Assembly (NCBI RefSeq): GCF_006345805.1 | Contig: NC_042999.1 | Span: forward strand, 68,634,001 to 68,698,000 | From: Octopus sinensis | Lineage: Eukaryota | Reading direction: 5' to 3' | DNA length: 64,000 bases | Part shown: piece after piece, positions 23,741 through 37,789 of the stretch | Layout of the letters: each line of letters begins with the position of its first letter | How positions within the stretch are numbered: position 1 is the stretch's first letter | The notes under the pieces: generated by a model | Databases searched by the model: none | Told to the model about the DNA's origin: nothing | The model's input: only the letters and a program-made list of their open reading frames with translations | Program-made: the position numbers and the translations under genes

Positions 23741-23923
23741 GATCGATCGATCTATCTACCCATACGTAGATAATTCTTATTGAGCACCTCACTTTCACTC
23801 TAACACAGACACACAAACACACATACAAATGTACACACACACACACACATGTATACACATCTATGTATGCAAACATACATGCTTGTATGTATGTATGCAA
23901 GTATGTCTCTCTCTCTCTCTCTC

Positions 23924-23983
<60 letters not shown>

Positions 23984-24124
23984 ATGAAAGAATTAAAAGG
24001 GAATAAAGGTAGATATCTAGAAAGCACTCAATTCTAAACGAACTTGATTAACTTTATCAAACAATAAAATATAAATAAATGCAAGTAGAACTAACAATAG
24101 ACAGACAGATAGATAGATAAATAA

Positions 24125-24181
<57 letters not shown>

Positions 24182-24198
24182 CAAACAGACAAACAGAC

Positions 24199-24270
<72 letters not shown>

Positions 24271-25171
24271 TTATGTTTATATAAGCATAAATTTATGTAT
24301 ATATAAACTATTAAGTTAGACCGTGTCTAACTTAATAGCACGTGCTGATAGAATCCGGTAAGTCATTTTAAGTCAGCTTTTGTGGTTTCCTTGCCCATTC
24401 AAGAAGGTAGTCATTGTTGGCTAAGATGCATAGTGGCGCGTCTTAAAGAAATTCGTCCCGGTTTCGTTTGAATGTAATGGAATCTTTACCTTCTTTAATT
24501 TGTTTTGGTATAATATTACTTTATCCTTGTAGCAGTTGATGATGTTATTACACCAGTCATTGGATATAACACCTTCCTGTACAATCTGATTTATTATGCA
24601 GATGATTAGTCCATATCACACTTTACGAGAAAAATATTCCGAGAAAAAGTCTTTTTCACCACAACAAAACACACACACAGCAGTGTGTCTATGGTAACTT
24701 GAGATACTACAAATAGCAGCCAAATCTCTCTTAAAACACACTCTTTCAAAAGGAAGAAAAGGAAAATAAAACAATGCGATGGGTCTGTTACATCAGAGGC
24801 ATCTCTAGGTTATACAAAACACAGATTAACATACTTCACATTAAAAGATTAACTACTAAATAATACTAATAAAGTTGACGTTTTATCTGCGAAGTTTCAT
24901 TCCCTGGTAAAACTTCATATATTTTAAACATTTTCTCATTTTGCTTTCTCTAACACATAGATTGTTCAATCAGAGGTGCCTCCCTTAGGTAAAAACCTAA
25001 AACCTGTGCGACGCGACCTCGTTTTCGAGGTTATTTTTGTAACAAAAAAAGTCGTTGTGCAAAAAACATACTTTACTTGGTAGCCGAAAGATTACTGAAT
25101 CTTTTGATATCTCACGTCAAAATCGGCAATTCAGTTTCCGAATCCATAAGGAGCACACACACACACACATA

Positions 25172-25355
25172 GAATAGTTACCGCGCCGGGCAAAATGCAT
25201 AGCGGCATTTCGCCTATCTTTACGTTCTGAGTTTAAATTCCACGGAGATCGACTTTGCTTTTCACCCTTTCGGGGTTGATAACAAACTACGAGTCAAGTA
25301 CTGGTTTAGATGTAATCGACTTGACCCCTCCAAAATCGCTGGTCTCGTACCTTAA
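25172..25355 (+). mobile_element. SINE group A, diverged
   Basis: tacgttctgagtttaaattccacggagatcgactttgc. Confidence 0.8.
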
Positions 25356-25433
25356 CACCATTGCTATTATGGTTCTGCATTAAGCACAGATCTATCTTGC
25401 TTTCTTTCTTTCTATATATATATAGATATTTAT

Positions 25434-25466
<33 letters not shown>

Positions 25467-25504
25467 AATGTAAGTTTTGTAAATCTATCTACCTATCTTT
25501 CTAT

Positions 25505-25613
<109 letters not shown>

Positions 25614-26307
25614 GTGTGTGTGTGTGTATGTATGTATATTTACACATGTGTGTGTGTGTGTGTGAAACAAAACAAAAAAAATATCTCACACAAATTGATA
25701 GATATGGAAAAACAAAATGAAAAAGGAGAAAATGCATTATTGTTGTTAATTATTTCCGAAGAACATAATAATAATGAACTCGTTCCAAAAGACAATACGT
25801 ATTCAATTACAGATTATCACAATTAAATTATTTAAATTATTTCAAAACAATTATTACATTTCCAAATTTTCCCATTATACCCAAAATACATGACTACAAC
25901 CAAATCACAGATAAAAGAGCAGATTACAAAAATTCGCATAAAAAATAAACGAGCGATTTACAAAACACAATAAAAAGTACAAGTAATGACTCAAAAAAAA
26001 AAAAACAAAAACAGGAAATATAAGAAATCTCACAAGAACAGTAAACAAATAAAACCCTGTGAAACAAAACAAAAAAAGTAACAAAGAGGAGATAGTTAAA
26101 ACAGAAAAAAATTACAGAAAGATAAGAGGTAGCCTATGAAAGCAGAAAAAATGAATACCCCTAAATACATATGGACGAAACATCACGAAGAACTTAAACA
26201 GCATGAAACAAAAAAACACGTTGTAGCGCAACGATTGGATGGAATCAACTAAGACAGCAGTTAAATATCCTCAAATCACAGGTTTCTGTCTTGTGTATTA
26301 TAAGCTT

Positions 26308-26686
26308 GGAGGCAGAATAGCCCAGTGGTTAGGGCAGCGGACTCGCGGTCGTAGGATCGCAGCTTCGATTCCCAGACCGGGCGTTGTGAGTGTTTATTGA
26401 TCGAAAACACTTAAGGCCTCCCGATGCTCTTGCAGGGGGTGGTGGCGAACCCTGCTGTACTCGTTCACCATAACTTCCTCTCACTCTTACTTCCTGTTTT
26501 CGTTGTACCTGTATTTCAAAGAGCCAGCCTTGTCACACTCTGTGTCACGCTGAATCTCCCCAAGAACTACGTTAAGTGTACACGTGTCTGTGGAGTGTTT
26601 AGCCACTTACAGGTTAATTTCACGAGCAGGTTGTTCCGTGGATCGGATCAGCTGGAACTCTCGTCATCGTAACCGACGGAGTGCCA
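26308..26686 (+). mobile_element. SINE group C/D, full length
   Basis: tagcccagtggttagggcagcggactcgcgg...cttcgattccc; tail gacggagtgcca. Confidence 0.9.
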
Positions 26687-27222
26687 CATATTATATGCTT
26701 AATATCCTTTATTAAAAGATGGGTTGAATACCTCTAGAACTGTTGATTCAGCTGGAAAGCTACGGCCAGCATAATGTCGCGTGCTTACCACCCGGTTGTT
26801 TCGGCCAGCGCTGTTTCTCTGAAGGTGCACTTCACCGAATGTCTGAGGCCGCCGGTACGCATATTATATGCTTAATATCCTTTATTAAAAGATGGGTTGA
26901 ATACCTCTAGAACTGTTGATGGGGACGATTCAGCTGGAAAGCTACGGCCAACATAATGTCGCGTGCTTACCACCCGTTGTTTCGGCCAGCGCTGTTTCTC
27001 TGAAGGTGCACTTCACCGAATGTCTGAGACCGCCGGTACGCATATTATATGCTTAATATCCTTTATTAAAAGATGGGTTGAATACCTCTAGAACTGTTGA
27101 TGGGGACGATTCAGCTGGAAAGCTACGGCCAACATAATGTCGCGTGCTTACCACCCGGTTGCTTCGGCCAGCGCTGTTTCTCTGAAGGTGCATTTCACTG
27201 AATGTCTGAGGCCGCCGGTACG
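26687..27222. repeat. Tandem repeat, 182-bp unit x3 (173, 181 and 182 bp)
   Basis: catattatatgcttaatatcc begins at 26687, 26860 and 27041; the units are nearly identical. Confidence 0.95.
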
Positions 27223-27414
27223 TTCACAGAGAGCAAAACAAAAAAGAGAAAAAAAATTAGATTTCTCGGAGCAAGCCCCACCGGCTTCCGTAAGAAAAGC
27301 AGAGAATGTCCGATCAGCGCTGACCTTAGGTTTAACAACAAGAAAACACCCATGCATACACACACATAGACACATACAAACATAGAAAATTATAACTTAA
27401 AGATATAGACGCAA

Positions 27415-27800
27415 GCATGGGTGTGTGGTTATGAAGCTTATTTTGCGACCACGTGGTGTCAGGTTCAATCCCACTGCGTGGCACCTTGGGAGAACGTCTT
27501 CTACTGTAGTCCCAAGCTTATTCATGTCAGTGAATTTGGTAGATGGAAACGGTGAGGAAACCCATCGTATACATGTGTGTATGTGTGCACGTGTGCGTGA
27601 GTGTATGTGTGTTTCTTCCTCACTGCCGCTCGATAAGTAGTGTTGGTTTCTTATCGTACCCGTAACTTAGCGGTTCAGCTAGAGATATCGATATAATACA
27701 CACCAGATTTAAAAACATTAAGTTCAGATTTGTCCGATTAAAGCTATTGAAGATGGTGCCCCAGCATGGCTGAAGTTTAATGACTGAAACAAGTAAAAGA
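27415..27800 (+). mobile_element. SINE group B
   Basis: caggttcaatcccactgcgtggcaccttggg...ggtgccccagcatggct...tgactgaaacaag. Confidence 0.85.
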
Positions 27801-28084
27801 CAGACAATAAAAACTAGAAAAAACACAGAGAAAACATACAGCAAAATAAGAGGGAAACGTAAATATACGCAAAAAAACATCAATAAAATGGGGAAAAACT
27901 CGAAAAAGTAGGAAAAAAACTGAAGCTAAATAAACAAACAAAACTTGAAAATAGAAGCATGAAAAGAAATAAAATAACAAAATAAACAAAAAAGTTACGA
28001 AAAATATCCAATATAATAGAAAACCAAGAGAAAAACAAACACATGGAGATGAAACATACAAAAATACATAAAAACAAACAAAAT

Positions 28085-28102
28085 GATATATACATGTACA
28101 AA

Positions 28103-28142
<40 letters not shown>

Positions 28143-28288
28143 CACACACACGCACACACTCACACGTATGTATATGTGTATATATACACATACATATATG
28201 TATATACATATACATATATGTATATATACACATATATGTATATATATACATATATGCATACATATACATATGTATATACATATATATG

Positions 28289-28358
<70 letters not shown>

Positions 28359-28584
28359 CATGTATGCATATATTTATATAATATGTGTATGTATATATAT
28401 ATATATACACATACACGAATAAAGACACGTACACATACAAACATGCACGAACGCATGCATAAATATATGCACTTGTGCACGCGCTCGTATACATACAAAT
28501 ACACACAGAGAAAGGCAAATATGCACTCACGGAGGCGAACGCATGAAGTCACACGAAACGTAACTTCGAAAATATACCAAAAAG

Positions 28585-28623
<39 letters not shown>

Positions 28624-29234
28624 GCAGATAGACATAGTAAAAAAAAAAAAGACGTAAAAAAACAGAACGTCTTAAATACAAATAGAATAAAGGAATATAC
28701 GAAAAAAAAAATAAGACTGAAACGAAGGGAGAATAAGTACAGCTAAAAATGCAGATATGCACCACGGCTACAATGCTACGAAGAATTATAAGAATATAAA
28801 GAAATATATATCTATTCCATATGATGACATACAGACATGAATGGAACACACACACACATATATAAACACACGCACGCACACACTTACACACATATGTATA
28901 TGTGTGTGTATATATACACATACATATATATATATGTATATATATACATATATATGTATATATGTGTATATATATATATACATATATATGTATATATACA
29001 CACATATATATGTATATATATATATATACATATACATGTATATATATGTATATATATATATATGTATGTATGTATATATTTATATATATATGTGTGTGTA
29101 TATATATATATATACATACATACATACATATGTATATGTATATACATATGTATGTATATATATACATATATACATATATAAAAGAGAGATATTTGCATAC
29201 ATACACATGCAAACACACACACACACACACACTC

Positions 29235-29305
<71 letters not shown>

Positions 29306-29330
29306 CTGCACACACTTACACATACACGCG
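28085..29330. repeat. (TA)n/(TACA)n/(CA)n compound microsatellite block
   Basis: Direct reading; source of the Y/I/M/C/V-rich ORFs. Confidence 0.95.
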
Positions 29331-30059
29331 CGTAAACATCGAAAACACGAAATATAAATATAGAAAAATAGACAAAATATACAAAAAAAAATTAAGCAAC
29401 AAAAAAAGCAATGCACACACTGTAACCCGGAAAAGTATAAAAAAAATTATAAAACAAAACTGCAGTTTCACTATTTTTTGTAGTCTTTATTATGGATGTC
29501 GTTAATTTGTGTATATATAAGCTGCTAGTATTTTAGCTTACGTGACAGGACTTATATTGGTCTAAATAATACCCCAAAACTTCCTCTATACAGCACTAAA
29601 ACGGCAGCAACAACAGCAACGATAATAATGAAACATTAACGATAGGGTGACTTATAGTTCAAGCACACATTTCCGTTCATTAACAGTCACGTGTACGACA
29701 TAGCAATGTAAGTAATGCATGACGGGATAGCATAGACAGATAATGGACGTGTTGCAGTGTAACGAAAACGTGAAACGGTAACAGAAATATTTGAACGGTC
29801 CGTCATAGAGGTAGATTGCTTTATCGATGATATATTAGTAATGTGCATTGAACTGATGAGCTGAACGTTCGTTGGGGGAGGTTAAGACACGAGAGTAGAA
29901 TGAATGTACTGTCAAAATATACTTAAATATTTTTTTTAAGTGTGAAAAAAGCAAAAGAAACACAGAACAAAGAAAAAAACTTAGAATTAATTCTTATATA
30001 GTATTATAATAAATATAGTCTGGGGCACAAGTACACGAAATGAAAGAACTGATGCGCGG

Positions 30060-30302
30060 GCGTACATACCCCTCCTCTACCCTCCACCCTCAGCCTTTGC
30101 CTTTCCAAGGGAAAAGCCAAGGGGGCCAATGCAGCTTGGCACCAGTGAAGTCGGAAGTCATTTCTACAGCTGAGTAAACTGGAGCAACGTAAAATAAAGT
30201 GTCTTACACAAAAACACAACACGCAGCCCAGTCCGGGGTTCGAACACACACAACCTCACGATCGTAAGCTCGACGCTCTAACTACTGAGCCATGCGCCTT
30301 CA
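30060..30302 (-). mobile_element. SINE group C
   Basis: Reverse complement of gaaggcgcatggctcagtagttagagcgtcg...gttcgaacccc. Confidence 0.85.
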
Positions 30303-30319
30303 CTCACTCATACACACAC

Positions 30320-30372
<53 letters not shown>

Positions 30373-30435
30373 ATACTTTATTTGTTCCACGTCCTCGCGT
30401 TGCTGTGTTTTTTTTTTGTGTTTTCTTGTTTGGAT

Positions 30436-30486
<51 letters not shown>

Positions 30487-31122
30487 TATATATATAATAT
30501 ATATATATATAATATATATATATATATTATATATATATATATATATATATCCCGCAACCTAACTCTCTATTTATTCCTCTCTCTAGTTGTCTCTCTTTAT
30601 ACTCTCTCTCTCACGCACAAACATCTACATATACATAATTTTGCATCTATAACACATGTACAATTATATATCATATGTGTTATGTAAGTATGACTACAAA
30701 TAATTATATGTAGTCGTGTACATGACTATATATATGTTTGTGTGCACGTATGTGGGTGCTTGTTAACTGTGTGTTTGTGTTGATATACATTCGTGGGTAG
30801 CTGTTTCGATGTCCAAGAATCTGATACATTTTTTTCTTCCAACTCCATTTTTCTGAAAAAAAATTGGCAAATTATTACATTATGTTTCGTTACGTCGTTT
30901 ACCACTTCACGTCCAAATTCCACCCAGATCGATATAAAAGTTCGATGCAGTCGGGGCCATTTTTTCGTAGATGTAGTTTGATGTGTGATATTAAAATACT
31001 GGAATGATTCAGCAAGCCATACGAAAACAAAATTGTTTTCTGATTTAGGAACAAGGTCAGCATTTTGAAGGGTAAGCATTTGTTGATACGATCAACTGGT
31101 ACTGTTTTCTATATTATCAATG

Positions 31123-31430
31123 TGAAGGCGCGTGGCTCAGTGATTAAGGTATTTGACTCACGGCCGTAAGGTCGTGAGTTTAATTCCCTGCGGCGCGTTG
31201 CATCCTTGAGCAAAGCGCTTTATTTCACGTCACTTCAGTCCACTCAGCTGGCAAAAATGAGTAGTAACTATATTTCGAATGGGTCAGCTTTGTCACATTT
31301 TGTGTCACGTTGAGTCTCCTTAAAAGAACTACGCGTGTCTTGCACGTTAATTTCACGAGCGGTCTGTACCGTTGGTCGGATCAACTGGAAACGTTGACGT
31401 CGTTAACGACGGAGTGTCAGTAACGTCAAT
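31123..31430 (+). mobile_element. SINE group C
   Basis: gaaggcgcgtggctcagtg...; tail gtcgttaacgacggagtgtca. Confidence 0.85.
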
Positions 31431-31544
31431 GTTGACGCCCGAGAGATTTGGACTCAGCAGGTAAACAGTCGAAAGAATAACGTAAAACTTTCACTATTCT
31501 GCCAGCTTGCCACCCATAGTTTCAAGAAATAATTGATTTTAACA

Positions 31545-32225
31545 TTAGCACAAAGCCAGCAATATTTAGCGGGAGGTTTTAAGGATACCATCGACCGCTT
31601 CTTTATTTTATCGATTCCGAAAAGATGAAAGATAAAATTAATCTCAGCAGGATTCCAACTCAGAGAATGAAGAGACGGAAGAAATACCTATTTCTTTACT
31701 ACCCACAAGGGGCTAAACACAGAGGGGACAAACAAGGAGAGACACACGGATTAAGTCGATTATATCAACCCCAGTGCGTAACTGGTACTTAATTTATCGA
31801 CCCCGAAAGGATGAAAGGCAAAGTCGACCTCGTTGGAATTTGAACTCAGAACGTCGCGGCAGACGAAATACCGCTAAGCATTTCGCCCGGCATGCTACCG
31901 TTTCTGCCACCTCGACGGAAGAAATACCTATTTCTTTATTACCCACAAGGGGCTAAACATAGAGGGGACAAACAAGGACAGACATAGGTATTAAGTCGAT
32001 TACAGCGACCCCAGTGCGTAACTGGTTCTTAATTTATCGACCCCGAAAGGATGAAAGGTAAAGTCGACCTCGGCGGAATTTGAACTCACAACGTAACGGC
32101 AGACGAAATACCGCTAAAGCATTTCGCCCGACGTGCTAACGTTTCTACCAGCTCGACTGAAGAAATACCGCGATGCATTTTTTCTGACGCTCTCCTGATA
32201 AGAATTCTGCCAGCCCACCACCTTA
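31545..32225 (-). mobile_element. Old SINE A carrying two tandem tailed SINE A insertions (31689-31913 and 31929-32154)
   Basis: 15-bp repeat gac(g/t)gaagaaatacc at 31674, 31914 and 32155. Confidence 0.9.
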
Positions 32226-32249
32226 AAAATATTGCTATCTATTTAGGCA

Positions 32250-32670
32250 TAAAGCTAGCACTTTTTCAGGGAGGATGTTAGGCAAGGACATCGTCCCTGT
32301 AAGCTAATTCATACCTTAGTTTATCCATCAAAGATGGGCAAAAAGCTAAGTCGATCCCGTTGGAACTTGAAGACGTAAAAAATACCGCCAGTATGAATGT
32401 CCGGCGCTCTAATGATTCTGCTATCTTACCACCAATAATTACAGGAAATATTGACTTCATATTTTGGCACAAAACAAGCAATTTTGTGTTGATTGGGTAA
32501 GTCGTTTACATCGACCTCAGTACACAACTGGTACTTATTTTATCGATCCGAAAACGATGAAAGGTAAAAACGACCTCGTTGGTATTTCCACTCAGAACGT
32601 AAAGAGCCAGAAGAAATGCCGCAAAGCATTTTGCTCGACGCACTAACAATTCTGCCAACTCGCCACCCGA
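32250..32670 (-). mobile_element. Two diverged SINE A copies (about 32250-32432 and 32460-32670)
   Basis: Reverse-complement A cores and heads (aatgattctgctatc; aattctgccaactcgcc). Confidence 0.7.
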
Positions 32671-32984
32671 GTAACAGGAAATATCAATAACGATTTCTTT
32701 TGGAAATATCAATAATAGCGTCTCAAGTCGATTTGCATTTGTTCTCCACCGTTGTGATAAACATACTCCTCAAATGGAAGTTAAGTAAATATTTTCAGTA
32801 TTTTAAAATAGATTTTAAATAATAGTTCAAAGACTGTTTTAAAGAATACGAGTCTTAATGCGAACTTTAACATTTTCACGTTACCTTTTTTAGATTATCA
32901 TAAGTAATTTAAAGCTACTACTTTCGTTAGTTTTAAAAGATTTGATAAAAAACAAACTATAACAATGATATTAATTTTACTTTT

Positions 32985-33405
32985 AGGGCAGCGAGCTGGC
33001 AGAATCGTTAGCACGCCGGGCGAAATGCCTAGTGGTATTTCGTCTGCCGCTACGTTCTGAGTTCAAATTCCGCCGAGGTCGACTTTACCTTTCATCCTTT
33101 CGGGGTCGATAAATTAAGTACCAGTTACACACTGGGGTCGATATAATCGACGTAATACCTATGTCTGTCCTTGCTTGTCCCCTCTGTGTTTAGCCCCTTG
33201 TGGGTAATGAAGAAATAGGTATTTCGTCTGCCGTTACGTTCTGAGTTCAAATTCCGCCGAGGTTGACTTTGCCTTTCATTCCATCGGGGTCGATTAAATA
33301 AATACCAGTTACGCACTGGGGTCGATGCAATCGACTTAATCCGTTTGTCTGTCCTTGTTTCCATCTCCACTATGTTTGGCCCCCTGAGAGCAATAAAGAA
33401 ATAAA
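32985..33405 (+). mobile_element. SINE A tailed unit followed by a second unit beginning at ggtatttcgtc (33218)
   Basis: Head-body-tail, then body-tail; junction aagaaata|ggtatttcg. Confidence 0.9.
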
Positions 33406-33499
33406 TAATTTTACCTTTTAATAAACACTATTTGCAAAATAAACAAATATTTATAATTTCAACGTATAATCATAAAGAATACGACTAATTATTTGAACA

Positions 33500-33795
33500 T
33501 TATCTCTCTGGAATGACTTGTTTTTTTGTTGGTTCCTTCTCGAGCCACGCCTGGCTCATAAGAGCCGGTTTCCCGGTTTCCTTGACGTATAGGTTCCCCA
33601 CCTGAACGGAACGCCGGTCAGTCGCAGGTGAGTTGCAAGATGCAGGAGGAAAGAATGAGCAGAAGTTTGCCATTACCTTCTGCTGGAGCCGCGTAGAGCT
33701 TAGGCGTTTCCCGCTCAGAAACACACACACATCGTCCGGTCTGAGATTCGAACCCGCGAGTCCGCTGCTCTAACCACGAGGTCATGTGCCTCCAC
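33500..33795 (-). mobile_element. SINE with C/D-type head and a central segment resembling a V/Meta-type conserved SINE domain
   Basis: Minus strand cctgcgactgaccggcgttccgttcagg...ggaaaccggg. The domain assignment is from memory only. Confidence 0.65.
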
Positions 33796-33896
33796 TTTTG
33801 AAATGACTACTAACAATATAAATATTTTAAAGAATTGAAGTAAAGTATTTTCTTCGTTATGGTGGAACTGGAAAAAGATAAAACTAGAAATACTGG

Positions 33897-34215
33897 CGTG
33901 TAGAAAGTGCGTGGGTTAGGATATTCGGCTTACGGTCGTAAGGCAGTGAGTTTGATACCTGGTGGCACGTTGTGTCCTTGGGCAAGACACTTTATTTCAA
34001 ATTGCTCCAGTCCACTCAGCTGACAAAAAAGAGTTTTACCTGTAATTCACAGGGCCAACCTTGTCACATTCTGTACCACACAGAATCTCCATTGGAACTA
34101 AGTTAAGGGTACGCGTGTCTGTGCAGTGCTCAGTCACTTGCACATTCATTTCACAATCAGGCTGTTCCGTCAAACAGATCAACCGCAATCCTCGTCTTTG
34201 TAATCGACGAAGTGC
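33897..34215 (+). mobile_element. SINE group C
   Basis: gtgtccttgggcaagacactttatttc...ccagtccactcagctg...gtaatcgacgaagtgcca. Confidence 0.8.
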
Positions 34216-34536
34216 CACTTTAAGGACCCACAAGGGCCCATATAGAGCACGGGTGGGAACCACTGCTCTAGACTTTCTACTCTCACTCAACGTCTTACTT
34301 TTTCTAGAATCTTCACGCTCACTCCATAACCTAAACCATTATTATTTGTACAAGCAATGTGTTTTTTTTCATTTATATTTTAGTAGCGCTTTTTCTAAAG
34401 ATTCGAAAGCGGAAGCTATAATAAAACAGTCTTGCTGAATTTATTTAGCTGTGTTCTTTATTCGGTTTATTGTTAATCTACTCCCAGCAGTGAGTACTCT
34501 ATAACCATCATTGTCCGTGAGTACACTGTGCAATTA

Positions 34537-34582
<46 letters not shown>

Positions 34583-34836
34583 CATACATATATATATGGA
34601 GGATATATATATGTATATAAATATATATATATACATATATATGTAGATAGCTACATATATACATACATGTATATTTATATATGTGTGTAAGTATACATAA
34701 ATATATATGCATTTATATATAAGTATGTTTAAATACATACATACATACATTTATATGCATACAGATACATATGTACATGAGTACATAAACGAATAAAGTG
34801 TGTTTGATATGTGTGTATGTTTGTGAGTGAGGAGGT

Positions 34837-34909
<73 letters not shown>

Positions 34910-35519
34910 TGTGTGTGTGATGGGGAGAGTGTTGGGCGATTCGCGAAACAAATGTGAATAAGAATACTTGAATAGATGGTCTGAAGAAAGAAAATTCAAT
35001 TGTGGTATCATTTTGGCAATTTGCATAGAGGAGACGTTTTTTGTATAACTTTGTATGCACGTCTTCTTCTCATGTTGGTTTCCTGTTTAAATTTGATTTC
35101 ACCTAAATGGCGACAACATAAGGAATACTGAAGACAGCGTCTGTAATTGTCGAAGGATAATGTGAGTGACAAACAACCACAAAAAAGAAAAAGAGACAAA
35201 CAAAATATTTGCGTAAGAAGGAAGTGAGAGTGAGGCATAAAGAGATAGAGAGTTGGGGGTAAAATGGGACATGTTGGGGGAAAAGGTAACAAGATAGACT
35301 GGAAGGAAGAGAGAAATGTAGGGAGTTGGGAGGGAAAGAGAGTGACTGGGAGAGCTTAGGAGAAATGGAGACGATGGAAGAAAGAAAGAAAGGAAGGGGG
35401 GTTTGTGTATGAAAACGAGGGGGTGGGGGGAGACGTATGAGGTAGGGAAGAGGTGTTCGGAATAAGGTGGATAGAAAGGTAATCTGTTTCGGATCCTTGC
35501 ATTTTAGGCAATTCAAGAT

Positions 35520-35892
35520 GTGAAAGTTTATTTGTTTATGTATGTGTGTGTGTTTGTGTGTGTGTGGTGTGTGTGTGTGTGTGTGTGGTGTGTGTGGTGT
35601 GTGTGTGTATGTATGTGTGTGTATTTCGAGCGTATATATTTGGTGTTTGCTCGTGAAATGCATATGTATGCCTGTGCGTTCGTTTGCCGTTTGTGTATGC
35701 ACGGTGTAGTTTTTGCATGCTATGCGGATTTGTGTGTGTGTGTGTGTGTGCGTGTAAGTATGTACGTGGATGTGTGTTGCAAAGTATTCGTGTCTGTATG
35801 AGTGTGTGTGTGTAATGTGGTGTGTGAGAGTGTTGTGTATGCCTGTGACGAACATTTGTATGAGATTCGGTGCATTTGGTCTGTGTGTGAAC

Positions 35893-35945
<53 letters not shown>

Positions 35946-36320
35946 CATACATATATATCTGTATATATATATATGTATATATATGTGTAAATATATATGT
36001 ATATATGTATATATATATGTATATATGTATATATATATATATGTATATATATATGTATATATGTATATATATGCATGTATATATGTATATATATATATGT
36101 ATATATGTATATGTATATATGTATATATATATATGTATATATGTATGTATATATGTATATATGTATATTTATGTATATGTGTATATATATATATGTGTGT
36201 ATATATATATATGTATATATGTATATATATATATATGTGTGTGTGTATATATATATATGCACGGGGTATGTTTATGTGTATGCGTGTATATGTATATTGT
36301 TTGTGTGTGTGTGTGAGTGG
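35520..36320. repeat. (TG)n/(TA)n/(TATG)n block
   Basis: Direct reading. Confidence 0.95.
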
Positions 36321-36489
36321 CATGAATGATGTGTACGTGCATGTGCGTATATACACGAGCTACTCCTGTAATGGTTTTTTTTTTCTCTTTCGCACGCGCT
36401 TGTGGTTTGATGAGTCTGGTGATGTTTGCATGTTGCGTGATTGCATGTGTGGGCCTGTAAATTTGTAATGAGCAAGTGCGTGCGAGTGT

Positions 36490-36525
<36 letters not shown>

Positions 36526-36669
36526 AGGCATATCGTGTGACAAAAAGTTATATCAAGTTATAAAAGTATGAAAGCGAAAATATATATGGAAGAAGAAGTC
36601 AACACGAAAATGAAACAGCACTTATATCACCACTAACACAACAATCACCGAAACCCTCTCAGTGCTTAC

Positions 36670-36778
36670 CCCACCAAGCACTACTACCATCACCAGCTCC
36701 ATCATCACCACCAACGCCGCCACCACCACAAGCCCACTGCCACTACTACTACTACCACCACCACCACACCACCACCAT

Positions 36779-36857
<79 letters not shown>

Positions 36858-37099
36858 ATAATAATAATAATAATGATGATGATAATAATCATTAAAGATG
36901 GTGATGATACTGCTGTTGCTACTACGAGTACTACTACTAGTACTACTACTACTACTTCTACTACTACTTCTACTACTGCTGCTTCTGCTACTGCAACTAC
37001 TACTACTAATAATAATTGATAATAATAATAATAATAATAAAAATAATGATAATAATTAATAATAATAATAACTATAATAATAATTAAATATGGTGATGG

Positions 37100-37152
<53 letters not shown>

Positions 37153-37155
37153 AGG
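36670..37155. repeat. Trinucleotide compound (CAC/TAC/AAT)n block
   Basis: Direct reading. Confidence 0.9.
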
Positions 37156-37574
37156 GAAGCTGAAGGAACATTTACACTGACGTCACTGATGTTATACTAA
37201 ACAAGGTGAGATGGAAAAGTACATTGAGAAGAAAAAATATCATCGTTAACTTCGTTGTCATCATCATCAGCAGCATCAACAGCAACAACATCAGCATCAC
37301 CATGAACAACATCGTCGACGACGATAACAACAACAACGAAGCGATTGAAAGAACTTCCAAAAAGATCCCCAAACTAGGAATAAACAACTCCAAAACAATG
37401 AGTTAACCACCAATGTAAGAAATAAAATATCTTTGCGATCTGTTATGAGATGGAGTGAAGACAAGAAGATAATACAAATCAACAGTCACACACACAAACA
37501 CACACACACACACATACACACACAGAAAGATTATATGCAATGATAAGTGTACACTCATTATATATATTATATAT

Positions 37575-37646
<72 letters not shown>

Positions 37647-37730
37647 GAAGATTATATATATAAATAATATATATAATATACATACACACAACAGGAAGAC
37701 TATATGCAAAGTAGGTATATATATATATAC

Positions 37731-37789
<59 letters not shown>

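Noticed and set aside
26687-27222. CRISPR-like array or hammerhead ribozyme in the 182-bp repeat
   Set aside because: The units are whole-length duplicates with no unique spacers, in a eukaryotic context. CTGAA-ggtg/cacc-GAAT lacks the GA and GAAA core and stem I.
27777-29357. ORFs up to 358 aa rich in Y/I/C/V/M/H/T (also at 35-38, 40, 48, 59-61 kb)
   Set aside because: (TA)n/(TG)n/(TACA)n tracts lack stop codons in some frames; these are artefacts.
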